This document shows positions 26,889 through 41,844 of a DNA stretch of 64,000 nucleotides, in pieces (positions within the stretch are counted from its first letter, which is position 1; each line of letters starts with the position of its first letter). Location of the stretch: NCBI GenBank assembly GCA_951406725.2, contig OX597825.1, forward strand, positions 29,326,001 to 29,390,000, in the 5' to 3' direction. Position numbers and translations under genes: made by a program. A model generated the notes under the pieces. It was not told where the DNA came from, searched no databases, and was given only the letters and a program-made list of their open reading frames with translations. This DNA is from Octopus vulgaris (taxonomy: Eukaryota).

Positions 26889-26917
26889 CATACCCAGGTA
26901 TACACCTGAGTATGTGT

Positions 26918-27074
26918 TGTGGCTGTGTGGTAAGTAGCTTGTTTACCAACCACATGGTTCCGGGTTCAGTCCCACTGCGTGGCACCCTGGGCAAGTGTCT
27001 TCTACTATAGCCTCGGGCTCACCAAAGCCTTGTGAGTGGATTTGGTAGACGGAAACTGAAAGAAGCCCGTCGTA

Positions 27075-27117
<43 letters not shown>

Positions 27118-27301
27118 TTGTGTCTCTGTGTTTGTCCCCCTAGCATTGCTTGACAACCGATGCTGGTGTGTTTATGTCCCCGTCACTTAGCCTTTCAGCA
27201 AAAGAGACCGATAGAATAAGTACTGGGCTTACAAAGAATAAGTCCTGGGGTTGAGTTGCTCGATTAAAGGCGATGCTCCAGCATGGCGGCAGTCAAATGA
27301 C
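26918..27301 (+). mobile_element. full-length CORE SINE with internal (TA)n
   Basis: head gtggctgtgtggtaag..gggttcagtccc; CORE ggcaccctgggcaagtgtctt; tail gctccagcatggc. Confidence 0.85.
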
Positions 27302-28262
27302 ATACACACATACACACACACACACATACATATTTATACATATGTTCACATTTGTATGAATATGTTTCATCTACATGTATATGTATGCACATATATACTT
27401 ATATATATATACTTATCTATATACATGCATGTAGATAATACATATATTCATACATATGTGGATGCATGTATACCTATATATATGACTATATGCATGTGTG
27501 TGTGTGTGTTTGTGTGTGTGTTTGTATGTGTATGTGTGCGTGTGTGTGTGTGTGTGTATAGGTTTGCATATATAAATTACTTGGGTACATCTCTGAACAT
27601 TATATATATATATTTAAAAAAAAAAAATAATATCTTTGATTAAATTTTACTTCAAAGATATTGCTAAGAATTAAAATGACAGATATATTAAAATTTAAAA
27701 TCTTAGCTGGTAATTTATAATCTCTCTTTCTGACTCCTACATCATCTCTCTCTGTCTGCCTGTCTGTCTGTCTGCCTGTCTGTCTGTCTGTCCCTGTCTG
27801 TCTGTCTTTCTCTGTCTGTCTGTTTCTCTCTGTGTATCACACATACATAAATTCATACACAAACATACATACAAACATGTACACATACATACATGCATAC
27901 ATATGTACATACTTATATACATACATGTATGCGTATTTGCATGTGTGCATGCATGTGTGTGTATATACGTATGTATGCATGCATATAGATTCAGCTGTTA
28001 TCTACGTACTTGTGCTCATGTCCAAGTGCGATGACTTTTCCCCAACAAAATTTTAGCTTTATCTGTCCACAAAGTTTTCTGATGCACGCAAGTGGCTTTT
28101 AAGGAAAGTGAGAGATTTGTAAGTCCTGTGGTAGACATGACAGCTATAAGTAGATAATGCAGATGGAGTGTTGTTTGTAGGTTGTTCTTTGAGAAAATGT
28201 TATTTTAATACAAACATACAGATACATACTAATACATATGTATATATATATGTGTATATATC

Positions 28263-28317
<55 letters not shown>

Positions 28318-28372
28318 GCATATGTGCATGTGGTTATATTTATACACATACATGCATGTATGTGTGTGCATA

Positions 28373-28424
<52 letters not shown>

Positions 28425-28884
28425 TGTATATGTATGTGTGTATGTATTTGCATAATAATTCTTTTTTTTGTTGTTGTTGTCTTTCAGTTGTAGATGAGTT
28501 TAACATAGGATAGGCTGTTGCATGTATGCCATCAATAAAACCTCATAGTCAAAAATAAAGAAAAATGTAAATTTAAATCTAAAGCCTCATGTAATCAGGT
28601 TGATTATTATGATTAGTAATTAGGGACTCGAGCATGAATATGATAACATTTGCCTTCATTCCATTCATAGATGAATTAAGACTAATTATTATAAACTCAT
28701 TAGATATTTAATTACTGCATGACGCTATGCACAGCCTTGTGATGTATACAATCTCATGTCACATACTTACAGCTTGTTAAAGTGTCATAACATTTGTGAG
28801 GTCACACACATTCGTACATGCAGAAGAGGATTCTGGAAAGTTTCTATTCACCAAATCCACTTACAAGATCTTGGTTAAGTTTAA

Positions 28885-29585
28885 CTGGCACTCCAGTGTT
28901 TGCAACGATGCAGGTTTCAGTTGATCTGATCAAGGGAACAGCCCGCTCATGGAATTAATGAGCAAGTGGCTGAGCACTTCACCGAAATGCATATCTTTAT
29001 ATATAAAAGTGAAGTTGTGTGTCTGTCTCCTATGATTTAGATTCCTAACTACTCCCACATTTTGCAGTGCAGTTTAACCAAAACCGGGTATCTTATAGTC
29101 GTGATTCATATCGAGCCCTTCTGGGTATTAGCACGCATCTACGATGAGTCTACGATTTTAAAAAAATTTACCATCATTTTTTTCCATTTGAATGCATTTT
29201 TTTGCTATTATATATGGGCAGTAACTCTCTAAAAATGTCTACGATGAGTCAACGATTTAAAAAAAAATTTACCATAATTTTTTTTCCAATGCATTTTTTT
29301 GCTATTTTTTGGCTATAACTCTAAAAATGCTTATATAGTTATTTCCCTTACAAACACGAGCAACGCCGGGCGATACTGCTAGTCCTTAATATAATACTCA
29401 GGGAGATTCAGCATGACAAGGAATGTGACAAGGCTGGCCCCTTTAATTACAAGTACTACTCATTTTAGGTACAGCTCATTTTTGCCGACTGAGTTGACTG
29501 AAGCAATGTGGGGAAAAGAGTGTTTTGCTCAAGGATACAATGTGGCACTAGGAATCGAACTGGTGTACACTCTAATCACTGAGCA
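28885..29585 (-). mobile_element. tRNA/CORE SINE interrupted by a Helitron
   Basis: CORE-like segment (ctcatttttgcc..gctcaagg..ggaatcgaac) at 29475-29585 as in 10003 and 56264; body resumes on either side of the insertion. Confidence 0.65.
28994..29382 (+). mobile_element. non-autonomous Helitron
   Basis: 5' TC(tttatatataaaa), 3' CTAG, subterminal GC-rich hairpin remnant cgagcaacgccggg, inserted between A and T with no TSD; internal duplication of about 100 bp. Confidence 0.8.
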
Positions 29586-29704
29586 ATATACCTTCACTAA
29601 CTTTAGCCTATAGTAGAAGTCACTTGCTTAAGTGACACTCAGTAAGTACAATCTCGAATATTTGCCTGATTATGAATTGAGGACTTTATATATATATATA
29701 TAAA

Positions 29705-29911
29705 GTTGCTATGATAGATCGGTAGCCACTACACACATTTTTTTCTCCCCTTGTTTCTCTCCTTGTTTCTTTCTGTGTTCCTTTCTGTGGAAGAGCTTAG
29801 GCTCGAAACGTAAAAGACTTTTTCAATTCCTGAGCATTATACTAATACATCTGTTTGTTTTCTACACCACCTGTCTTCGTCTTTTGTTTTTTTTTTCATG
29901 AATTCTCCCTA
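29705..29911 (+). mobile_element. short Penelope-like terminal fragment with hammerhead-like motif, in (TA)n
   Basis: cttt-CTGTGGA-a-gagc ttag gctc-GAAA-cg-TA-aaag (29781-29816); homologous to 60348-60544. Confidence 0.6.
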
Positions 29912-31113
29912 TATATATATAAGTCTTGGTGTCAATTTGTTTGACTAAAACCCTTCAAATATTCTGACCCAACAAGCGTCTGTACCTTATAAGTGAAATG
30001 CTGCACAAACAATTTTACTTGTTGTTTCACTTATTTCTATAACAACAACAATGAAATGCATTGGAGGAGATGCATCTGCAACTATGATGCATGATAACTG
30101 ATCGTACAGCATCACACCTGTAAGTTACTGGTGCATGACGGATTGAAACAATTGTAATGGTTCTCAAAAAAGTGTTTCACGAATTCCATTGTATTTCTCT
30201 CACATTTTCTTGTATAAACTCTACAGACATAAGGGAATTTCTGAACAAAATCCAGTAGCATTTACTTCCATATTGTTGTTGATATCAGATAACCAAATAC
30301 TGTGAATGCACATTAACCAACATACTACATGGCATATACCCAAATATAAAATTCCCATTCCAATGGGAACGTGAAACTAAATGGGTCCTAGATGATTACC
30401 TCCAACAAATAGCAGACAAACCACCCTCACCTGGATATGTCTCTGAAAACAATAACTCTCTGCTCGAATGGGCTATGGTGCCCAAGAGCTGACTGTGTAT
30501 CTCTTCCAGGAGGTGCTATTAAATTAGACATAGCCGAGGCCAACTTCGGCTGAAAATCATCTAAGTAATCTATATCTATATCTATATATATATATATATA
30601 TTCCAGATTAAAGAAGGATATATCTTTGTTTAATTTAGTAGTGTTAATTTATTGAAGCACAACAAAAACCATTAGTCATAATAGGACTATATCTAGAGTA
30701 GATTGAAATTTGTTGATAACATTGATTTCACCGGGATATCAGATTTTGCCCTCAATGGCTTATTCAGCCAGTTAGGTTGAAGAAGCCAGTAAGGTTCAAC
30801 TCAAATAATGTGTGTGTGTTTATATATTTATATATATGTATGTATATATATATACATATTTATATATATGTATGTATATATATATACATATATGTGATCA
30901 AACAGACTTCAAAGAGACTGGTGTTGGCTTGTGTTTGCAAGACTTCTATTTATATATATAAGTAAAATTGATAAAATGAGTCCAGTGAACTTGCCATGGG
31001 GAGTGGAAAAATCCAATGTTTTGCTCTGGGTCCTTCTTCAGAGAAAAGTAGAAAAGAGAAATTAATAAGAGTGTGTATGTATAGGTTTATGTATATAAGC
31101 AAGTGTGTGTGTG

Positions 31114-31144
<31 letters not shown>

Positions 31145-31164
31145 TTATTTATCTATCTGTTTAT

Positions 31165-31221
<57 letters not shown>

Positions 31222-31907
31222 TATATGCTAGTGTAGATACATGAGGGGCAAAATGTATTAATAGCAAACAGAAATATATTTTCACTTCAAGTTATATTTG
31301 GATATTGATTCAACCCAGTCTTATTATTAAGTCTGGCAGCACTGTTAAAGGGCCGAGTAACACTTTATTTGGCATTTAAGTGTTGAGTATAAATTGACTC
31401 TCCCGAATCATAAATTTGCCCAGGAGATTATTTATATCTACTGCTATCAATGTATTATCCAACTGTCTAAAAGTATCTAATTGCTCCCGACTATCTTTGT
31501 CAGAGAGTAACCTTTCCTTGTTCAAGTGTATACCCTATTATTATTATCATTATTATCTTTATTATCATTAATATTATTTTTATTGTCGTTGTTGTTGTTG
31601 TTGTTGTTGTTGTTCGTTGCCTACTTTCACTTTGTTTCTTTGGAGTCATGTTTGTAATTAACTTGGCTGAGAAAAATGTTGAGAAAGATATTACTGAACA
31701 AATACCAATCCCATTATTATCACTCTCAAAACAATAGATCATTTTCTGATAGCATTGGACAATAGCATGAATGTTGCTGTGCTGGAAGTGACAGGAGGAG
31801 GGGAAATATCTATGCAGCCTTTCCTATACATTTGAAAAGCACCACAAAACACACACATACACACACATATAAAATTTAAAATTACTACATATATAAGTGT
31901 GTATATG

Positions 31908-31952
<45 letters not shown>

Positions 31953-31956
<4 letters not shown>

Positions 31957-32842
31957 TAGTGTACATTTAAACACAAAAGAAAACTATCCTTTTACAAGTA
32001 ATTTTTACATTTTAGAAAAAGCAGCCAACATGGCCAAAACCACGATTTAATAGCAATTTTCGAAGGAAAGGAAAAATAGAAACTTTTACCTTGTTATTTT
32101 TATTTGCGGTTATACCTAGGTTTCAAATTTCTTCAGCAAATAAAATTATCTGCCACCCTTTAATAGGTAATTTAGCAAACAATATTATCCGCCAGGCAAA
32201 TTTTCATCAGTAACCGGCCTCAATAACTAACTTATAATTCAGAGACAAGATAACATGTGTCCCATCATTATATGTTATAATTTTTCAAAATTCCGTGCGC
32301 AGGCACAGTTTCAATCGGCAGTAAATATAATGTTGAGCTGAATCTTCGAGAATGCTAAGAACATATTCATAAGATACATATATAGGGTAACGAATATTTG
32401 TTATAAATATTACCACCAGTGGCCTAGCATGTATAAATAGTCAATAGACAACATATTCATCATCATCATCATTATTTAACGTCCACTTTCCATACTAGCA
32501 TGGGTTGGACGATTTTGACTTAGGGCTGGCGAACCAGATGGCTGCACCAGGTCCCAATCTTGATCTGGCATAGTTTCTACAGCTGGATGCACTTCCTAAT
32601 GCCAACCACTCCGAGAGTGTAGTGGGTGCTTTTTACGTGCCACTGGCACGGGGGCCAGTCAGGTGGTACTGGCAACGACCTCGCTTGAATCTTTTTACAC
32701 ATGCCACCGGCACAGGTGCCAGTAATTCATAATTCAAAATAGTGTACATTTAAACACAAAAGAAAACTACCCTTTAACAGGTAATTTTTACATGCTAGAA
32801 GAAGCAGCCAACCACGATTTAATAGAAATTTTCTAAGGAATT
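31953..32842 (+). repeat. diverged direct repeat of about 110 bp (31953-32068 and 32736-32842)
   Basis: aaaatagtgtacatttaaacacaaaagaaaacta...ccacgatttaatag occurs twice. Confidence 0.85.
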
Positions 32843-33431
32843 ATTCATTTGCAACTCTCCATGAAACCCACTTTGGACTCATTGTCTTTGGATAAACTAA
32901 TGAAAGTATGACCTTGTCAAGAAGCAGGTGAGGGTTAGTGACAGGAAGAACATCCAACTGTAGAAAAATCTGCCTCAGCATAATTTTGCCTGACCCATGC
33001 AAGGAGGGGAAAAGTTGATATCAAAACGATGATGATAATGATGATGACGATGACAACTATGATTATGGTGATGATAACGATGATGATATCTTTGATGGCT
33101 GCTATAGTTTATTGGCTTACAAAGAGTTATTTCGGGTTTTAGCCCCTAGATAATTGTTCTAAACATTAAAATGCCCAGTAACTATAACGACTGTTGAACT
33201 GCTACAAAACTATCAATAACATTTCCAATGATACACAAGCACTCTCTCTCTTTCACTCTCTCTCATTCCCTCACCATTTCTTTCTCTCTCTGTCTCTCTC
33301 CATTCTCACACCCTACCACACACATACATGTAATGGTAAGTTTTGCCTTGACTTGTCAAAGCCAGGCTGAAGGTGAATATATAAATCTCAATTATAGAAA
33401 ATTTCGGCACAAAGCAGATATATTAAGTTAA

Positions 33432-33465
<34 letters not shown>

Positions 33466-33470
33466 ACACC

Positions 33471-33528
<58 letters not shown>

Positions 33529-33700
33529 GGACAAGTATATAAAATCCATTGGATACAATGTGAAATCTTCAAACAAAATTTAAGCATTCACACCACTTAA
33601 GTATTGTTGATTTTCTTCACACAGAAACCAAAACCATTGTTGTTCCTTCAAGAGTAATGGTATTCATTTATAAGTGATGACTTTCAGTTCAGTAGGAAGT

Positions 33701-33739
<39 letters not shown>

Positions 33740-34023
33740 CTTCTTCTTCTTCTTCTTCTTCTTCTTCTTCTTCTTCTTCTTCTTCTTCTTCTTCTCTTCC
33801 TTCATCATCATCATCATTATTGTTATTATTGTTATAATTTTGTCACATGCTGAGTTCAAATTCTGCTGAGGTTAGTTTTCCTTTTCGTCCTTTCAGGGTT
33901 GATAAGATAAGTACCAGTTGGACACTGGAGTCAATGTAATCGACTTACTCCTACTCCTCGAAGTTGCTGGCCTTGTGCCAACATTTAAAACCCATCATAA
34001 TAATAATAATAATAATAATGATA

Positions 34024-34068
<45 letters not shown>

Positions 34069-35769
34069 GTTATTATTATTTCTTCAGTTGTTATTATGGT
34101 TATTATTTGCGGTTACCAATAATGATAAAGACATTTCATTGTTATCATCATCATCTGTAAAACTTCATTGTCATCACTATTCTTAGAATTCTTCATTTGA
34201 ACTGATATACAGCAATAACTGATGTAACATGGGAGGGTGAGTGGGAGAGAGAGAGTGAGAGAAAGCGAGAGAGAGTGTGAGAGTGAGTGAGTGAGAGTGA
34301 GAGAGTGAGAAGGAGTGAGTGAGAGTGAGACTAAGACTATAACACATTTTTTATTCTTATTTATTTCGTTATTTTACTGTTTATTTTTTGTTCTCTTGTG
34401 CCTCTTTACCACATTATTCCTGACAGTTGTACTTAAAGGACTGGCCCTGAAACTGGTGCAAATGATGATAGCCCATGCAAATCATCCTTCTATCCTTCTT
34501 AATTCTACATTATATTGTTAATATAAACGTCTTTTATGACAAAACATTACCATTGCCTTCTTCCCAAAACCAAAATTCCATCTCCAAAGAGAATAATTGT
34601 TTGTTTTTTTTTTCGTCTTTTTTTTTCTCTTTTACTAATGCCCACCATTGCCACAAAACACTAATGGATGCTTGACTGCAGAAGATAATAATTGTGGAAA
34701 TTTGTAGAATACCATTACTGGCATGTATGAGAAGAAACATGTATAGAAGCCTGTCCATGATATACTGACAGTAATTGTAGAAATCAAAGGCTACACTAAT
34801 TGTGAACATCAATGAATAAACTGACCAGTAACCGTTTTAATTTCTCTATAAATTTGGCCTTCACATATATTCAATTATTTTGATATTAGCAGCGAAACGT
34901 TGGCATTGAAGTCTCGTATTTTCTTTTGATAATACAGATACAGTTAGACAAGCCTTAAGGTTAAATTTTGCTGTGGAAGATTGTAATCAGCAGAATCAAA
35001 ACCATTATATTACTGGTACATGTTTTATTGAAGTGAAAAGATGAAAGATAAAGACGAAAATAACAGTAACTGGAAGAGACATCTTCACAGAGTTATATGC
35101 TCTGAGGAAAACCAGTGCATTGAGCTTTATACTATGTATTTACTGACGGCAAGCCACAGTGCAAATAGATTAGAATTGGGTCCCCAGGCCTGTATGTCCC
35201 CTCCAGGTGACCTAACCCTTGTGCCCATGCCTCAAGATGACACTGAAAAGGGAAGGAATTAATATATTGTGTTTGAAGAATGATACATTTGTAGATGTCA
35301 TTTAGCTTATTTAAAACATTTATTAAAGTTCACCTGGATATGCTCTTAGGATTTTATGCACCCATTTATTTACATACAAGCAACCATATATGTTTATTTT
35401 CTCTCGCAAACAAATACATATTTACTGACTCAGATACCTGCCCTATCACAGATGTTCACTTGCATCCAAATGTTCACACACACCGTTACATCCTGACTCA
35501 CACTACCATGCATTGGCTCACATCACTCATGGATACTGAGTCATACCAACATGTAAACACAGAGTCACATCATGACATGGATATTGACTCATAGTAGATG
35601 ATAGGCACTGACTCCCATCAACATGCACTGACACATATATATACACACACAGAGCTTAAAGTCCTGACTAAAAGAAACACCTATAAAAAATACAAACTAA
35701 ACACACATAACCTCCTTCTATTTGTCTCCATTGCTACAACCAACAATGCTAACATCACTACCAAAACCT

Positions 35770-35800
<31 letters not shown>

Positions 35801-36840
35801 CAAACAACAACAATATAACAACAACAACAATAATGACAACAATGAAACTAAAAGGGGACAAATTGAAAAAGAAACTAAAGAAAAAGAGAAAGAAACTTTG
35901 ATTTAGCTTTTATAAAGAAATACAGGATTTTTTTTAGCATACATCTGCTTTACAGGACTTCAAAATAAATCTAATATCATATTTAAATGTCAACCTAAAA
36001 ACTTAGCTAAAATAACAATGGTCTATTCTCTGCTGTGTTTGTGGAAACAATTAATAGGCTACTGCCAAAAGTTATTCTTAAAGGCAGAATGAGTTTCTCT
36101 CTCACCATATTATTTGAAAGCAGCATTGGCAGTGCTTTTTCCCATTTATAATTCTTCCACTATACTGACTTGCAGACAATATTTTATTCTGTCTTCTATG
36201 ACATTCCCAAATTAGATCTATAAACTTTGGATTAATTTTCTTTTCATACATGTCTATCGTTCTATAGCGTAGTATGTTTGTATATGTATGTATGTGTGTG
36301 TATGTGTGTGTGTGTGTGTGTGTATGTGTGTGTGTGTGTGTATGTATGCATATACACATTGATACATATATACATCCCTATATGTGTTTGCATGTATAAA
36401 TACTAATTTGCATGTACATGTTGATATACACCTCACAGAAACATATACACATATATATATATACGTATGATATGATCACACACATATGTGTGTGTGCATG
36501 TGTATGTATATGTGCATGTGTGTGTGTGTGTGTGTATGTGTGTGTTTTTTTGTGTGGGCATCAGGAATGCTGGCCAAATCAAAGGAGACAAGCCAGACTA
36601 ATATGGACCGCTTCTTCCCAGAAGTAAAAATGGGTTTGTTTAGTGCCAAAATATCTTCTTAGAATAACAAGAAAGTCACAGAGGCATCAAAAACAATTCA
36701 ACATCAAAAAAACCATGGAAGGGGAAAGCTTTATGCAGGGAAGAATAATCATTCATGACCTGGCCCTTGCTCTATTGAAGCAAAAAACTTAACAAATTCT
36801 AAACAATGGTCTATTTGACTCTACTAATTCACCCTTTAGT

Positions 36841-37157
36841 GGAGGCACAATGGCCCAGTGGTTAGGGCAGCAGACTCGCGATCGGAGGATTGCGCTTTCG
36901 AATCCCAGACCAGGCGTTGTGTGTGTTTATTGAGTGAAAACACCTAAAGCTCCACGAGGCTCCGGCAGGGGGTGGTGGCGACCCCTGTTGTACTCTTTTG
37001 CCCCAACTTTCTCTCACTCTTTCTTCCTGTTTCTTGAGTAACGCTGCGATGGACTGGAATCCCGTCAAGCTGGGGAGAACACATACGCCACAGAAACCGG
37101 GAAACCGGGCCCATGAGCCTGGCTAGGCTTGAAAAGGGTGCATAAATAAATAAAAAA
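36841..37157 (+). mobile_element. full-length tRNA SINE with V-like 3' domain
   Basis: head ggaggcacaatggcccagtggttagggc..ttcgaatccc; ctgcgatggactgg..cccgtc..agaaaccgg; A-rich tail; imperfect TSD aattc(a/t)ccc..ttta. Confidence 0.85.
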
Positions 37158-37594
37158 ATTCTCCCCTTTAAGGTATAATGTGATCATGCTATGAAACCAT
37201 GCTATGAACCCTTGATATGAACCCATGATATCCCTATTCATGTAATTGTTCAGTTCCCACCTTTTATATTTTACCAAGAGCCCTTCTTCACTATAACCAG
37301 AACCATTTTTTGTCTAGTCAAATTATAGTTTGATTCTTGCAAAAGGAACACAAACATATCCTTTATATCCATCTGCATCTTCTAATTATTAGTGCAGTTC
37401 AGTCATGCTTTGAATTTCTTTATGTTTTGGTTGGTGGTTTCCCATCTCGTCTTCCTGCTGAGAATTGTGGTTCAACTTCGTGTTGATTCTCATTGCATTG
37501 ATGTTGTTGCATTGTTATTTTAGTGCATCAGCAAGCATGCACTAATCAAGACTTTGTAATGCTGCCAGATAAAGTAGTCTGAATATCTATCTAC

Positions 37595-37657
<63 letters not shown>

Positions 37658-37681
37658 CCTATCTATCTATCTATCTATCTA

Positions 37682-37723
<42 letters not shown>

Positions 37724-37856
37724 TAGATAGATAGATGGATAGATAGATAGATAGATACATTTATATATATTATATATATACATATATATATATATACAAA
37801 CACACACATATTTATATATAGTGTATGAGCATTTGTCTATATATAGAGAGAGAGCA

Positions 37857-37906
<50 letters not shown>

Positions 37907-38650
37907 CATACATGTATATATATATTCATTTATTTATTTACTTGCATATGCACACATACATGCACACACATATGTACATGTGTAATTCACATATATAAAT
38001 GCAAACATGTATATACACATATATACACAATAGCTATGATGCAGATGCCTAAATTGTGCACATGCATATGCTTACTTACAAATACACACACATATAGGCT
38101 TCCAATACCTTAAACATAACTATCTATGTCTGCACACACACATACAAACACACATACATACTCAGTTTCCCATACTCACACACATACACACACAACAGGT
38201 TAGCTACTGCGCATGTTTACATACAAAGCTTACATACAAATACATATGCATGTGCAACCTCATGCAAAAAGCTTGCACACGTCCTTACTCATTCACCCGT
38301 GCATTTTCACAAACACACTTGCAGATGTGTAAATACACACACACACAAACACACATCATTCTAATATGCATATATTTACACACGAAACACTCACACGTGT
38401 TTAATACTCTCATTGCTTCAAACATACATGATCTTGTAGTGTCAGTAGCTGTGTGCATGTGTATGTGTGTGTGTGAACCAAGATATACATGTGTGCATTT
38501 GTAAGCATACGAACGAGTGAGAGATTTTGTGTAGACATAAGAATTACATTCGCATAAAAGATGCAGGAGCAGTTTTGCCGTACAACAAGTCACTAATCCA
38601 ATATTCATGATAGAAGCAGAAATAATATGTTTAGTTTCTTTCTCCTATTA

Positions 38651-38705
<55 letters not shown>

Positions 38706-38928
38706 CATCATCATCGTTATTATCATTATCGTTATTTTTGTTATATAGTTTGGTTTCAGTAATTTTATTTTATATTTTGCTTATAACTGGAATATAAACA
38801 TAAAGTGTAAGATAAATGGTTAGTCATACGTACACACATGCAAGCATATGCATATACGCATGTATATATGTATATATATACATACATGTGTATATATATA
38901 TATATATATTGATATGTATATATGTATG

Positions 38929-39040
<112 letters not shown>

Positions 39041-39433
39041 TATATATATATGTCGGTATGTGCATATATATATTCAAATACAAATACTTATATACATACA
39101 CTTACAATAATTTGGCTGTAAATGCTTACATTTGAATGTACATATACTTATTGACCCAAAAATATACATACATATAAATACATAGATGTCACTTTATATT
39201 CAGTTATCTATCTCATACACACACACACACACACACACACATACATATTTAGAAAGCTAAGTATACATACACGCATATATATACACATGTATGAATGTAT
39301 ATGCATATATATATAAGTGTGTGTGTATCTGTACATATGCACACAAACACATACATACACAAACAAAATGCAAAATGGAAATAAACAAGCAAAACCTGGG
39401 AGAATAATTGTATTATTATTATTATTATTATTA

Positions 39434-39491
<58 letters not shown>

Positions 39492-39963
39492 TAATACTAA
39501 CACTATACTACTGTTATTGTTGCTGTTGCTGTTGTTTTCATTTTTAATGATTAAAACCCAAAATAAAAATTTTCTGACTGAAATATATTCTAGTAATTGC
39601 TATGGAGGCATAATGCATTAAAGGATTTCTTGATGCTGTCCAAGATAATATGGAATAACACTACGTCCGCTTGTTTCCACACATGCATACGCACACACAC
39701 GCACACACACACACACACGCACGCACGCACATATTCATATACAAATGCATGTATCTGCGCCACATTCGCACACATGCACACATGTAGACACATGGTTAGG
39801 ATGAGCTAATGAGCATGAATGCAGCTTGTTCAACATGTTAATTTTAGCATAGTTTTCAAAATATAACAAATCTTTCTCAACTTATTCATCGCCAGGATTA
39901 ATATTGTTCTTATTTTCATTTCTTTTCATCGACATCATCGTCGCCACCACCACCACCACCACC

Positions 39964-39995
<32 letters not shown>

Positions 39996-40163
39996 TATTG
40001 TTGCTGTTTGTGAGTCTTTAATATTACCAGTTATCACAGTCTGTCTCCGTTTTTTTCTCGATTTGTATCTCTCTCTCTCTCTTTCTCTCTCACCCAGTTT
40101 CACTTTCACTTTCTTTTGCACTACATTTTTCTCTCTTTGTCTTTCACACATTTTGTCTTCCTT

Positions 40164-40208
<45 letters not shown>

Positions 40209-40874
40209 CATTATTTTGCTATCTTTTCCTCTGGTGGACTCCTACCTTCTCTCTCATAACCTCATTTCTCTTCTACATATTTCCTTCATTTCCTTTCAGA
40301 TTTTCTCTTACAATTCCTCTTCCTCACTCTGTCTCTCTCTCTCTCTCTATCGCCATCCCATCCTCCTCTCTCTCCTATTCTTGGCCTTTACTCCTTCTCT
40401 TTCATTCACTTTTCTCTCTTCCACTCTCTCTCTCTCTCATTCCCTTTCTGTCTGTCTGTCTCTCTTTTATTTACTTTTATTTACTTTCATTCTCCCTCAT
40501 TTTAAATTTACATTCAAACGCTTTCCTCCTTACAATTAACCTCTTCCAACTCCCTCTGGCTCTTACAATTCTCTATTATTTCTTCATCTCTTTCTCTCTC
40601 CCAACTTCCACTACAACACGTAAAACTGTGTATAACTATAGACTAATGAATACAAATGACCTGAGCTTCCTAATTACCTATATAACATATTTATATATAT
40701 ATATATTGCATGGACATACAGGTAGACAATAAATTCACACAGTCTTACAAATCACCCAAACTTAGAAATATTTTATACACAGTCCATCTTAGAACATCGG
40801 TTGGTTCCTACTGCCTTATGTCTTTTGCACTAGCATGGTCTTTTACTTTCAAATTCTGGCAGTAAGGTTACAAC

Positions 40875-40888
40875 AGTGATGATGATTA

Positions 40889-40926
<38 letters not shown>

Positions 40927-41458
40927 ATTGTGATGATGGCAATGATGAGGATGGTGATGATGATTAAGCTGTATAATGATGATGACAACAATGATGATAG
41001 TGATGACGACGATGATAATGGTGATGATGATGACGATGATAACAACAATGGTCATGATGATGATGGCGATGATGATGATAGTGTTGATTATGATGATGAT
41101 GATGACAATAGTGATAATGATGGCGATGATAAAGATGGTGTTGAGGATGATGACGGCAATGATGATAGCGATGACAACGATGATAATGATGATTATGACA
41201 ACGACGATGATGATGATGATGTTGGCGATGATGATGATGGTGATAATGATAACGACGAAGATGATGATGAGGAGGAGGAGGATGGTGATGATGATGACGA
41301 CGACAATAACAATAGTGATGAGGACGATGATAATGTGGATGGTGATGAGGATGATGACAACAATGGTGATGATGGCAATGATGATGATGATGGTGATGAT
41401 GTGGAAGGCGACAATAATGATGATGACGATGACAACGATGGTGATCATGATGATGACA
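40875..41458. repeat. degenerate (GAT)n array
   Basis: direct. Confidence 0.9.
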
Positions 41459-41466
41459 CTCATCAT

Positions 41467-41695
41467 TTAACCCTTTCGTTACCAACCCGGCTCAAACCGG
41501 CTCTGGCACTTTAGTATAAATGTCTTGTTTTCATAAGTCTTGAATTCAAATCTTCCACCAAATCTTAGTCACAATTTATGTTCCTAACACTAGCTGAATG
41601 ATAACTGAGTTATTTTACTAAATTCTTTGTTATATTTAAAATAATTGGAAGAAACACAGAGCATCTCAAAATAAATACAGTAATGAAAGGGTTAA
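41467..41695 (+). mobile_element. piggyBac-type MITE, family 1 (solo copy)
   Basis: TTAA-ccctttcgttac ... gtaatgaaaggg-TTAA. Confidence 0.9.
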
Positions 41696-41844
41696 GTCCA
41701 TTATGCATTTTAGGATAATTATTATCGAAAGAAGTGGATGAAAATAATGGTATGGAAGTTGAGAGCAATATTTAATTCCATACCTGACCAGTTACATGCT
41801 AAAACAAGCCCAGGACTGAGATGAGTCTGGCAGTACATCACCCG

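Noticed and set aside
27698-27718. Similarity to miR-216/miR-283 mature sequence (aatcttagctggtaatt)
   Set aside because: Seed mismatch and no precursor hairpin visible.
31010-31045. Further minus-strand CTGAAGA..AAAAC hammerhead-like remnant
   Set aside because: Stems I and II do not pair convincingly, so it was not counted.
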